From assembly GCF_036321535.1 (NCBI RefSeq), contig NC_087437.1:63180001-63244000 (forward strand): 64,000 nucleotides of DNA, given 5' to 3'. The notes beneath the pieces are model-generated. The model saw only the letters and a list, made by a program, of their open reading frames with translations, searched no databases and had not been told where the DNA came from. The translations under genes were made by a program, and so were the position numbers. The DNA comes from Camelus dromedarius (Eukaryota). How positions within the stretch are numbered: the stretch's first letter is position 1; each line of letters begins with the position of its first letter. Positions 26,201 to 38,500 of this stretch are shown here, one piece after another.

Positions 26201-29200
26201 TCATTTTCAAACTTCTGGCATCAGCCTGCTTCCCCAGCCTCAAACACACTCAGGCTTCCCTTCTTTAACAAAACCACCACTTGACCCCAATGTCCCACCA
26301 ACCACCATTCTATTTTTACCTCGCATTTTCTGACATATTTCTCAAACAAACAATATGTGCTGGCTGCTGCCTCATCTTCACCACCGCCTCCCACCACAAT
26401 CTGTCTTCTCCTCCTCGAGGCTGCTGAAACAATGCTGTGAGTAGTCACCAATGCCTTCTGTCACCAAACTCCTCTGTCTCCTGCAGATGGGAAATGGCCC
26501 TTCTCCTCTACTGCCATGGATTTACTGTATCCTGGCCCTCCTCCTACCCTTAGGAATTCTCTTCCTTGGATACTGTCTCCCCAAGTCCACACTGTCCAAA
26601 ACCAACCTACACTAGTCACATTTTCCCCTATACTGTCTTTCCTGAGCTAATATCAATTCCACTATCACTTTGGGGTAGATGACTCAAAATCATGCCTCGC
26701 ATGAAGGAAGCGGGCAGTTTGTTACACCACGTTATACGTCTTTGTATTCCCAGCACCTGACCTACTGCCTCATACATGGGAATTGTTCAATACATTTTTT
26801 AAAAATTAAATGCTACTGCTCTGCCAATATTTGCCTTTAACTTGATATGCAAGCAAGAATCTTCACAAGGCGACCCCAACCTCTCTCTCTAAACTTAACT
26901 CTTACGACACAGATGCTCCGGGCAGTCTGTACTCTCTGCCTTCCATTCTCATCATTAAACACTGCTAAAGCTCAAGTCAGTTCTCTCTGTTTATTCTACC
27001 TGCCACTGTGTTATTTACTGTGTTATTTGTTATAGTCTATTTCCCCCACTAAACTTTAAAGCCTGTGAAGACACAAACACTGTCTTCTTCAGCATTGAAT
27101 TCCTAGAGCCTTGAATAGGGCACAGCATATAATGGGTCCTCAGAAGATGTTTGATGAATGAGTGAGCATTTCCTCTTTCCTTCAGACCCAACTATGTCTC
27201 CCCCCTTGTGCATTCATGGCGCTCATCTAGCATTTCAACATGAAATAATACCTTGTGGGATCACACAGATATGTTGTGGGTGTATTACTTTGCAGGTGTT
27301 GCAGGTATTGTCCATGTAGAACCATGAATATTACACCTAGAAGGGATATTCCTTATAATTCATCCATCATTTGATAGAAGAGCCAAGAGAGACTCAGAGA
27401 AGTTATCGCTGGTTCTTGATCTTTCAGGAGTTTGAATTTCCCTGAGGGCAGAATCCTACTTCCTACTCCTAAATACTCCCTACTACTCCTGGGGCCCTTA
27501 ATAGATACTGTCACTATTGCCACTAATAATAACAGTACTATTTATCGCTTTGACAATTTCTTTGGTAACACGTCACCTACATCCACAAGGTGAAGAGCAA
27601 ACCCACCTACACCAGGAATCCATAGTTGGCTTTCTGACATCCGGGGACACAGCTGCCCCAATGGCCCCCAGCTCTGAGCAATCACTGAAAACGCCACAAC
27701 AGGAGAACAGGTGCTGGGAGGCTGTGCCATGACCAGGGAGGTGTTTGCTTTACTTTTCTCACATGACAGTCACCTCCACCCCACTGGATAGAAACACCAC
27801 ACTGGGGCCTCACAGCACAGCTATCGGTGTCCTTCCCCCAGGACTTGGCCTAGATATATCTTGGCTGGTGATCTCACACCACAGACAAAACATCCTGGCG
27901 AGACACTCTACTTTCTGCGAACAGAGGAGGTGGGCAGATACCCCCATTTAACATGTATGCCAGAGAGAAAGATGGGGATCTTCCCACCTGTACAGCAGCA
28001 GGTAGAGGAGAGAACTCATCCCAGGTAGGAGTCAGGGGTCCTGGATCTTGATTCTTCTTATCGCAGCTCTGCAACTTTAGCAAAGTCTTTAACCTCTATG
28101 ACCCTATTTCCTATCTGTGAAATGGGAACTAAAGTAAATTCTCTCAGAGAGACATGGTCAGGACCAAGGGGGATAAGATATTGGAACTGTCAAATCATTG
28201 CAGTTTTCTTCCCTTCCCCCTCTCCCGCCACCAACAATTCTGTGATAGTCAGCACAGTCTATGAATTCCCTGGAGAGTTCAGATACTCTGTTAGCTCTAT
28301 TTATTGGGTTTCCTAATAGGATACAACTTGAACTAGGGGTCTGGGTGAGAATACAAAGGGATGATGGGACAAGGACCTGCCCTCAGGGAAGCTCTACTCT
28401 CTTAGTTGCTTCTGGAGGTGCTTCTCGGGAAGGACCTCCTGAAGAAACTAAGCTCCTAAAAGCGACAGAAATCTGAGAGGGCAGCATGCTCCTACTGAGC
28501 ACTTATTTGCTCCAGGCACCAGTCACGCATATTAACTCCCTCAAGGCTCGCACCTCCTGATAAGGCGCGTCCTACTGCCACCCACAGGAGCACATTGTGA
28601 ATCACAAAACACCGGCATTCCACCTCAAGTGCCCATATGTCTCTGAACAGAATCAGGTATGATTAATTGGGGGAGCTTTTTCTGGAGGACATAGGGATTA
28701 CAAGATTTGGAAAGGGAAGGATGTGGATTAACTGTAAGAAGGGGAGGCTTAGGGCATCTCAAACAGAAGCATAGGAAAATGTGAAGGTTGCTGAGGAGGT
28801 TCTGGTGTGGAGCAACAGGGAATTGTCCTGGGATGGCATTTCAACAGGTGCTGTGTTTAAATTGTTTATCGAATAAGAGGCCTGCTCCCTTTAGGAAAGT
28901 GGTCTTGTGCCAAAAGCCAACTGAATAAGAGATATCTACTTGTGGCTTAAAAAGCTAACTTAAAGTGACTTCTTTAAGTCACATTATATGGATATTCAGC
29001 TCAAATCAGAAGGTGATTACAACCTAACCTCCTCTAGTTAGAAAATTCTCAGCACAGGAGAACCAGCCTGCAGGCTTTTCATGCACATGCTATGCTCTTC
29101 TTTCTCCCCGCCAACCATAGAAAGGAAGGAACAAGTCATAAAAGCTGTCACAAAGAAGCTACATATCACGCTGGGTACTTATACGCAATAGGTAACGAGA

Positions 29201-30117
29201 ACAGGACAAGCCGGACCAAGGTGAATATCCAGAGTCCGTGGCAGGCTAGGAGTGGACTAAGTAGAGACACCAAATCAGACAGACACAGTCAGGGGCCAGA
29301 GCTGGGCAGGTAACTGAGCAGCAAGCAAGCCAAAGACGAGGCATCTGCCCGTGATGGGAAAGCAGGGGCTGCAGGCATGAGAAGGCCGAGACCAAAGATC
29401 AGGGTCCCGAGAGCCCCGGCCCTGAAGGCCAGCTGCATCCTGACCCCACGCTGCACCTGAGCATAGTCAATGCTTGGATAGAACGTTTGGAAGATCTGAA
29501 AACTGAGGCAATAGAGGATGGCCATGCAGGGAGAGGTGAATTTAGTGAGAAACAAATAGATTCCTGGCCCAGAAAAGAGCCCAACACCACAAAGGCCTAA
29601 GGAAAGTCACTGTCCTCCCTGCCCAGCTATTTTCTCGAAGGGAGAAAGGGGCTTTTCTTTCTCTGATTATAGCCAAATATGGGTAGTGCTCTCCTACTGG
29701 AGTTATACTAATCAAGTAAGGAGAGGTTTTTGACATCTGCAGTGACAGACCACCACCCCATCTCCAGAGCCCTGGGCAGCTAGGACGGAGAGCGAGAAAC
29801 CCAAGGTGGGCTGGAGCCAGACAACATCTTGGGGCACAGGTAAAATTTTTTCCTGAGAAAAAATTTGAAAGAAATACGAAGGAAAGTCACAACTTAGGTA
29901 GTGATAGAAAACGGTTGTAGTTTAAGTTTCTGGAGAAATACATGAATTATATCCAAAGGATTGTGTTCCTTTAAATTTTGTTCCTTAGTACATTCTTTTG
30001 TTTACTCCTACATGTACTACTCTCATGAAGTGACTGATTTTCTCATTTATTTTGTTATTTGCTAAAGAGTCATGTTTGCCTTTACTCTCTGGCATGCACA
30101 TGAAGGCATGACAATGA

Positions 30118-30306
30118 GCACTTCTCACCTGGGGCTGTCATTAGAATCACCTGCAGAGCTCCTAGAAAATGTCCAGCCCCCTTTCCAGAGACTCCAGTTT
30201 ATTTGGCTGGGGGTGGGCAGAGAGGTGGGAAGGGAGGAACCAGATGTCATGCTTTCTAAGAGCCCCAGATAATTCTGGTATATGCCCAGGAATGAGAACC
30301 AGTTGG
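30118..30306. mobile_element. MER5A-like hAT element
   Basis: CTTCTCACCTGGGGCTGTCATTAGAATCACCTGCAGAGCT...CCCCAGATAATTCTG...GAATGAGAACCAGTTG. Confidence 0.75.
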
Positions 30307-32879
30307 TTTCTGGTTCAGAGTCCAAAGCACTTTGTGGTTAGCTACAGGAATGCAGACGAAGCACCAAGAAGAAATCAGTAGCCTAAAGCCTATGATGTAA
30401 ATGCAACGTATCACTTACATTTTCCACACATCAGTCATTTTTGTACTTCTGTTACCATTTCACCATATCCACATACCTCCTACAGTTATTTCCTTGATAT
30501 CATTTCAAATCGACTTCATCTTTTACTTAAAATTGTTTTTAAAAGAAACTAGTGAACTGGGGTAATGGCAAGGTGACATAAAAAGGCAGAAAAAAGAGAA
30601 GAAAAGACCATGGCTCCTGAGAGGAGAAAACACTCAGAGTTAACAATCAGGGATGGGTGGGCCCAGGGCAGGAGACCCAGGATCCATGGGCCCAAATTAG
30701 CCCAGGCATAGCAGTGAGAAGGATGAAGTCTTGGCTATGGGTTAGAGAAGGAGGAAGGAATCCCAGGGAATGGGGTGACAGGAGGTATGGGACAGGAGCT
30801 CTAGAGATAGAGAAAGTAGACTGAGGGACCAGTAGGGCTGGAGGAGGCAGATATCTGGGCCAGAGATGATGCCCAGATAGGGCTGGTGGACAGGTAAAAG
30901 GGAGACTGGAGGTGGGATTAAGGGGAGCTCTGAGAGATGCTCAGGGCCTGACTGGATGTGGTGGGGCAGGGAATGGACAACACAGTAGAAGCTGACACTG
31001 GACAAAACAGATTGTGCTCCAGACAGTGCCAGGCAGCGACCAGCAAGAAACCCTCCAGGGACACCTGTAACTGCCTGAAATCATTTCACATGCTACCAGC
31101 AGTGGTTGTCCCCACACGCTAGGAAACACTGCCTGACGTTCTATGAATAAAGAACATCAGTCTTTTCACTCTTCCCTTTTCATTACCAAAAAAATCAGAT
31201 TTAAACAAAGAAATGTAAACTCCTACCTCATCTGTCGTATCCATGGGGACTTACCAACACTCAACAACAGAACACAACATTACGTCCCCTCTCTTCTATG
31301 CACACTCACGTTCCTTACCTGTACCAGCACTTCTGTCTCAATGGGTAGTCCCCACCAGAGGAACCATCTCCTTAGTCACCATCCGAAAGCACAGAGCAAA
31401 ATCAGCAGAGCTGACAAACGCCCAGTAACAAACACCATAAAAACAGCATCTGCTATTAATGAAAGAAATCATCAAAATAATTGTGTCTGAGCAACCTGGC
31501 AGTTCATTTTCTTATAAATCCTCACTATAGTTAAGTACAGCCTTAGAAAACAATCCTTTTATTTTCTTAAATCCTTACCCTTCATGAATCATGATGGGGG
31601 AAGACAAAAGACTCATCTGCAATCACCAAGCATACACTGCCACTGCTTAGTAAAGTTTATTTCTGCTCTAATGTTTCCTCCCTTTTCCTAGGTGTGTCAA
31701 GTCACAGATTCATTGATCCCCCAGTCACAGCCAAGAGAATGACTCAGGCTGGCACACAGCTTGTCGATTATTTCAATTTCCTGGTCTAACCTCATCATTT
31801 CCCACTTCTTCTCATTGCTTATTCCCTCCTCACTTTCTTGAGGCCTGTTACTTTCAAAATGACATGCAGCATGACAATGATAAGGGTGAAATGACACAAA
31901 ATCCTAAAACAGATGATGGGAGCTAAATTCCTCTACACTAAAGAGAGAGCCAAGAGAATTCTGTTCACTGCCCAGAGGACAGGTGCATCATTCATCCATT
32001 CATTCAACAAAAATTTACTGAGCATCTCCCATGAGCGAGCTCAGTCTAGCACGCCACGTTAAAGCATGCTGTTGTCTACACAATGTTAGCTAACATTAGT
32101 TACTAGAGAGAAGTTGCTTGAACATGGATGTGGGTATGGACACAGCTACCTGTGTAATACTGGGATACCCATTAACCAGAACTGGGCAACATAATCAACA
32201 GCCAGCCTCCTAAAGCCTGGAAATAAGTTGCCTTACACAGTCAGAAGCAGCTCGTCTAAAGCCTCACATTAAAGAAAACCCTAGAGACACTGTTTATGAA
32301 AGACCATAAACTTTCCAATTACAGCCATATGTGGTGACAAAACATGCACGGAAGAACACACGATTCTGGCAACCAGCGTTTACTATCCAAGGGGGAAAGT
32401 TTAAACCATCAATCCATAAAGTCATTAACCTGACATTTCTAAGGATGCCTGACACTTTTACATGCACTAACACTATAAATTTCCCTCAAATTCTATAATA
32501 TAGGTATTGTTATCATTGACACTCCCATTTTTCAGATTAACAAACTGAGGGTCAGTTGGAGGGTAAACCATTTATTCAAGGGCACTTAGAAAGTAATGGC
32601 GCCAAAACTTGATCCTAAGTTTGTAAATCATGGATTCAAGCATTTTCTAAAGCATAAAACCACATTATTATTAATAACTTATACATTAACATCTAGTTTC
32701 TTTTTATAATTAGCATCATATGTTAATTTGAATCTTGTTTTAATTTACGTAAGTATAAATTGTCTCTAAGCCTCTAATAACTCTTAATTGGACTTTTCTC
32801 AACTCCTTGTTATTATATACCACTTGCTCTGTCTTTCCTAAGATGTCTGTAAGACAGTGAGAATTAAGTACCTTGGTAA

Positions 32880-33110
32880 TGAAAACTAACATTTAAAGGG
32901 CACTTTCTTTATGCCAGGCACTGGGATAAGTATTTCACTTGTAGCTTTTCACTTAACCCCTACAGCAACCCTCAGAGTTGGTGCTACTATTATCATTAGC
33001 ATTCCCTTCTACAGTGCAGGAGGCATAGAGAGGTTAAGTAACTTGTCTGAGGTCACACAGATAAGGGGGATTCACACCTGTGGTCTCCTCCCTCCACTGG
33101 TCTATGATCT
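32880..33110 (-). mobile_element. MIR (further MIRs at ~32450-32640 and ~33760-33960)
   Basis: ATGCCAGGCACTGGGATAAG...GAGAGGTTAAGTAACTTGTCTGAGGTCACACAG. Confidence 0.75.
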
Positions 33111-34248
33111 TCACCAGTAAGAAAGTTCTGGCTCTCTTCCTGACACTCTCATCTCACGTCTGGGCTCCCCCTGGCCTGTTTCTCAGTGCTAGTGAGAGAT
33201 TGCTTTTCAGATGTGCTGGTTTGGCTTCCTCCATCTTTGATTTCTCCCCGATAACAGCCCGGGATCACCTGCTATGTGCAGCTCTCTCTTGCACCTGGCA
33301 CTGACCTCCTGGCACAACTAAAACCATTCCCGGTGAAGATAAGCACACCTTGGGCTGTGCAGCGGGGCCTCCCCAGGGCCACATTTTCCATCAGGGATTT
33401 GATCTCATTCTTGCCAAAACCTCTTAAAGAAGCCAAAGCTTTTTTAAAAAACAAACAAACAAAAACCACTCAACATTGTGGGGAAAAAAAAATCAATTAA
33501 CCAAGTTAACAGTGGCTTTTCCTAACAATGGCATGTCTAGATTTGTATCACATTACCAGGAGATTTAAATCACATGAATACTTCATGGTGAAATGTATTA
33601 AGGTCAGATTAACCTGGGGAATAAAACTGACTTCCCCTTCCCTTTTGACTAACTGCAAATTCTGTGCTGGCTCTGTCCACAGATAACCCACAAAGGGAGC
33701 TGTCCTCAGGATGGGTGCTGTAGCTTCATGATGCTGAGGGGCATGTAAGGAGGAAACGAACACTTACAAAGCACCTACTATGCACCAGACAGTATGTTAA
33801 TGTGCTTTACAGGTATGAATTAAATTAAGAATTCCACAACAACCCCAGCAGATGGGAAAACGAGCTCAGAAAGGTCACATAAATCAGCCTAAGGTCACAG
33901 AGCTGGTGGTGGCAGAACTGAGATGGGAACCTGCATCTGTTTGCCCCCAGCTTCTTGCTCAGGGACCACTCTCCTTGCTACACTGCTCAGTGTTCCACCG
34001 AGAGCCCTGCAAGACAGGGCTTAACTTGTCTTTGACTACAGTACTGAGCTTGGTGATCAACCCCACAAGAAATGAAACCCTGATACACAGATGATCCCCA
34101 AATGGCCCTGTGCTCCTGATTCCCAACTGGGTCACAAATGTCCCCAGAAAAACAGCCTTTTTTAACTTCCCATAGGTTGGCTATTCACCTCCGTTTCATT
34201 CCCTCTTCTCTTTCTTCTTGCTCTCTGCTCCCTTCTGTGCTATGTCTT

Positions 34249-34346
34249 TGTGTGTGTGTGTGTGTGTGTATCTCTGTCTCTCTATGTATCTGTGTGTGCA
34301 TATCTCCTCTGTTTCTCTTTCACACACACACACATACGCAACACAC
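34249..34346. repeat. (TG)n and (CA)n tracts at the start of the Ex1C intron
   Basis: (TG)~10 at 34249-34269 and (CA)7 at 34321-34334 on the + strand. Confidence 0.93.
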
Positions 34347-34380
34347 ATTCTCATATTCATTCTCTCTCCCCCAGGAATAC

Positions 34381-34447
34381 CTCGATCCAGCAGCCGGAGC
34401 AAGCGGAGATACCAAAGATACCACTGGTCCCAGAAGCGGTCCGTCAT
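34381..34447 (-). CDS. KALRN: Kalirin RhoGEF kinase, alternative first coding exon (Ex1C), 22 codons + 1 nt
   Basis: Translates to MTDRFWDQWYLWYLRLLRLLDR(G), which I recognise as the N-terminus of canonical human kalirin (continuing GSFRNDG in exon 2). ATG at 34447-34445, in-frame TGA 15 nt upstream, phase-1 donor CGAG|gtattc (GT at 34380-34379), local CpG enrichment. Exon 2 is not in the window. Confidence 0.96.
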
Positions 34448-34700
34448 CCCACCCCGAACTCATCCTTCACAGCCAGTCCCCTCAGCAGAGCCTCGTCCCA
34501 CCACCGCTGACTCAAGAAGGCCGGAATTACTTGACGCCGGGCTTGCACGCAGCCTGTTCTAAGCAAATGCCTGCCTGTGAAGACAGCCACCAGTCCTCCC
34601 ACACAGAGGCTGACTGTGCTGGGAGCCCGTTTCACAGCAACAAAGGAACAAGTGCAGAACACCGCCGCCTTGTGCAGACCAAGCCTGCATGGGCCCAAGG
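34448..34700 (-). promoter_or_regulatory. KALRN: KALRN Ex1C 5'UTR and proximal promoter (TSS not determinable)
   Basis: Directly upstream of the Ex1C ATG. About 12 CpGs in 34381-34550 against a CpG-poor background. AP-1 TGACTCA at 34508-34514 and half-CRE TGACG at 34532-34536. No obvious TATA box. Confidence 0.7.
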
Positions 34701-35034
34701 GGAGGTCAGAGCTGCAGGGGAGGGCAGCCAGGGAGGGCTTTCACAAAGAGGGAAGGGGAGAGGTGGTCTTGGGAACACAAATCCACACTCAAGGCCATGT
34801 CTTGAATTTCATTTTTGGATCTCCTGCTATCCTGGCTTCCCCTGTCTCCCACACCAGATACCAGTGGCTCCCCTAACAGGACAGGGGTGGGAAGCTGGGA
34901 GCTCAGCCATCCTGGACTCTGAGGTCAGCCCAGAAGAGCCAGAGCCTCACTGCTTTGCTTTCAGGGACCTTAACCACCCCTGCCTAAGGCTGCTGAACTC
35001 AGAAAAAGACCCTTTCTCCCTTAGTGGATCCTCG

Positions 35035-35255
35035 GTTATAGTGGAGAGAGCATGGGCTCCAGAGTCACATAGTCATAGATGCAAATCCTGCTACCACTTC
35101 ATAGTTGCCTTGATCAAGTACTTCCCTGCTAAGCCCCAGCTTCTTCCTCTGCAAACTAGACAGAATAGCATTTGCCTCAGCGAGCTATTGTGAGGCTCTA
35201 AGAAAAGGAAGAACCTAACATTTCTGGTCCAGCACTTGGTGGATGGCAGTGCTCA
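35035..35255 (+). mobile_element. MIR immediately upstream of the Ex1C promoter
   Basis: TAGTGGAGAGAGCATGGGCTCCAGAGTCAC...AAATCCTGCTACCAC...CAAGTACTTCCCTGCTAAGCCCCAGCTTCTTCCTCTGCAAA. Confidence 0.7.
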
Positions 35256-38200
35256 AGAGATCATTCCCCCTCTCCCTCCAACCCCTCTTCCTCTCGCCAG
35301 ATTCTCAGTTCCCACTCGTCCTGACATCCCATGCTTTCCCACTTCAGTACCTTTGCCCCATTCTTCCTGCCCATGGCATGTCTACCTTCCTCCCCGACTT
35401 CATCGTGGCCAAATCCTTCTGATTTTTTCAACGTGTAGCTCAAATGCCACAGAACCGGGCAGCCTTGCCTGGCCTCCCTCTCTATATTGCATTTCGCTTT
35501 CTCTTTTGAATAGGACTCCACTGCCTCACTTGACCATAAACTCCATGAAGACAAAATCAGCTCTGTGATCATCGTTGCATCCCCTGAAGTATCTTGAAGT
35601 TTGCAAGAGCTTGCGTGTTTACTAACTGAATGAGTGAGCAGGCAAGTGAGTCTGGGCACCCCACATGGTTTCGTTTTCAAGTCAGGAAGAGCAGTGGACT
35701 GCCGGGGCCTCCATCCTGTGGCACCGCCTAAGGCCTGTAGAAGGAGGACAGGGCATCTTGGCCTTGCCCTGCTGGGAACCCATTTTACAGGGTGCTGGCC
35801 ACTGACATGGTGAGGTGAGGCTGTGCCACCAGGTGACCAGAAGTCCTGTTCACAGAAGTGAAATCCAAGGAGACCCCAGGTCTGGAATAACCTTGGACTC
35901 CAAGCCTAAAAACTACCCGGGAGCCATGTGCACATTCATCACAGCTCTTGTTTCAGCCCAGGTCATGCCTGCAGTGCCTTCCCGCTGTCCTAATAGAAAT
36001 GTTGGCACCCCAGGCTTCCAGCGAGAGCAGGCCTCCCTCAGCGTCAGCTCTTCCTGGGGTCTTAGGCCTCCAAGATGACACAGGCTGCAGATTCTGACAG
36101 AATTCAGGCTGAGGAGGAGGCATGTCCAGGAGCAGGAGCTCAGAGAGGGAAAGTGAGCAGAGCCACAGTGTCCATCAGCCCAGCCCACCACTGCATCGTG
36201 GTTCCCTCTTAAAGGCCAGCATTGGGACTGAGCAGACACCACTGCCCTCAGACTCACAGGCTCTGTTAGTATTATTTTATTATTACCTTAAATGGACAAG
36301 ACTCCAGTGTGTAGTTAACACAAGAATGCAAACCCCTCCTACTCCCTGTCTGGAGAGAAGTGCACTGACCCTTAGCCTCCCACTTCCTTCATGAATAACA
36401 AGATCCATCATTCAGGTGTGGCCAGTCCTTTTTAGCTCACAAAGCACTTCCACATCCATCATCTCCCTTGGGCCTCTTAACAGCCCTACAAGGTCTGGAG
36501 GATGGGACTTGCTTTCCCAGTTTACAGAAGAGAAAGCCCATGTTCCAACAGGTTGCTCATGGTCAAATACCTAGTAACTGGCTGGGCTGAGGGAGAAGTA
36601 TGTGCCATCTGTCTCCTCCTGAAGAGTTTCTGGGGCCCTGGATTATCTCCTGAGGAACTGTGGTGTCTTTCATAGAGAGATGGGGGCCCTCGCAGTAAGG
36701 CAGGACCCCCAGGGCAGTGCTGACGAGCCATGAGCACAGGGTGAGTAGAGGGCTGCCTGTGGTCTCTTACCGAGCGACAACCTTTCATTTTTGGCTCCTG
36801 GCTTGTGGCTGCCGAGGGAGAGCATCTCCAAATGACAATGACAAAATGGCTCTAACCCAAGCCAGGAGAAACCTGAGGTGGGAGGGATGCACCCAGGGCT
36901 CCCACCAAGCAGGAGATCTAGGCAGAGATGGGCTTTGGAAAGAGCATCTGACTGTGAGCACAGTCCCAGGGCCCGTGTAGATGCTGAGTAAACTCGAGTA
37001 CTCTGCTGGGGCTAATACTACTATTGCACAGCCCATTCTCGGGCCTGGAGAAGGAAGCTGGCCCTTTCCCCCTCCTTCTAGTAACCAAGTGCCAAACATT
37101 TCACACAGCCTCGTTTTCAAAGAGATAAAGGGAATAAAGATGTTAACAAATAATACAGGTGCAAGCACTTCCCCCATACTCTGTGAACCTAAGAATATAA
37201 GCATTACCTGTGGGGTCAGCCCCAGAGTGAAACCACTCAGCCAGCAATTTTACTAAAGATTGGCTTCAACCCATCAAGCTGGGCTCCTTGGAGCTCCCCA
37301 ACCCACCACTGCTCATTTCTCCAACCCCTACAGAGCCTCATAAGCCGTAGTTTCAATGCAGCCCCTTCAGAAGTTGAATAAAATGTTCCAAGAGACTGTC
37401 AGAGTTGCCATTTAGCTGCAGTGCAATTAGAATGGATGGGGTATTGGCCAGGAAGGGGCTTTATTAGGTTTTTGTTGTTGTTGTTGTTGTTTTGTCTTAC
37501 ACAATACTCCTGCAGCAGCTCCTTCTTTCATAGTGGTCAAAGCAAGCACAGCCATTCCCGTTGGTGTGGTTCCTCCAACCCACCTGGCTGGCTATGGGGA
37601 CCTGTTCTCCAGGGACAAGGAGCATCTCCAGACCAGCAACAGCCCATCCATTCCAGAGGGCCGATGCCCATCTGGATGATCACCGGTTACTTGGTGGCAC
37701 AACATAGATGTGTTCCCTTCTCGTCGCTGTTCCTTCTTCCTATTTGGCACTGTTCTTTCTCCCTCTCTCTGCCTGCCCCAACGGAGAAACACTGTGTTCC
37801 CGATCAGACAAAGGCAGCACAAGTGTATGGAGCAGAAGGCAAGCAGCATGGAGGGAGGAGAGAAGTAATCGTGTCCCAAATCTTTCCCACTCATCTCCCG
37901 GGACAGTGACCACTGTTCCCGCAGCAGAGCTGGCTGGCTCCTCGGACACGTCGGGCTATCTGATCAGTGGAGGCCACACGGAGGCGGCAGAGTTGCCAGT
38001 CTGTGTACCAGAGTGAAGACGAACCCCGGCCACCCGCCCCAGGAAGTGGGCTCCACCAGGGTGCCATTTTGCCCGCAAGCTGTGCTTCAGTTGCAACATG
38101 TTATCACACGCTCCGGCAGACACCATCCTCAGCCACCTCCCACACCACTTCTGTCCCCTTGGCGGTTAGCTCCCAAGTGGTGAAGTGAGGCCTTTGGTAA

Positions 38201-38278
38201 CATATTGTCAGTAACACCATCCGTGGACGGGATGGACAGTGGCCAGTCTGTCCTGTGAGAGCCCAGTGTCCCCAGGAG

Positions 38279-38299
38279 AACAGCACCTAGGACAGGTAT
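38279..38299 (+). promoter_or_regulatory. Candidate RE1/NRSE (REST) site
   Basis: aaCAGCACCtaGGACAGgtat contains the full core CAGCACC-NN-GGACAG at canonical spacing, but the flanks are non-consensus. Confidence 0.45.
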
Positions 38300-38371
38300 C
38301 ACCTGTCACACTGAAATTCAAGTCCACTTCTCCCAAGAGGGCTTTCCCAGCTAACCTCATGCATTCTCTAG

Positions 38372-38500
38372 CTCAGAGGTCCTCAAAATTTAATGGGCGG
38401 CAGAATCACCTTAGAGGGTTGGTTTTCCATGCAGATCACTAGGCCTCACTCCCGGAGCCTACATTTTTCACGAGCTCCCAGGTGAGTCTGAAACGGTGAT
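38372..38500. mobile_element. MER5A-like fragment
   Basis: GGTCCTCAAAATTTAATGGGCGGCAGAATCACCTTAGAGGG...AGCTCCCAGGTGAGTCTGA. Confidence 0.6.

Larger units (their letters stand above)
1..34380 (-). other. KALRN: KALRN intron following Ex1C (continues past window start)
   Basis: Begins at the GT donor 34380-34379. No exon 2 peptide (SFRNDGLKASDVLP...) seen in the ORF track or by eye. Confidence 0.85.

Noticed and set aside
30560..31060. Purine-rich stretch resembling an ancient Gypsy-type LTR (also ~29200-29480)
   Set aside because: Resemblance is compositional only; I could not define termini or family by eye.
34196..34380. Continuation of the Ex1C ORF (IPGGERMNMRMCVAYVCVC...)
   Set aside because: Read-through past the splice donor into intronic microsatellite; kalirin similarity ends at the donor.
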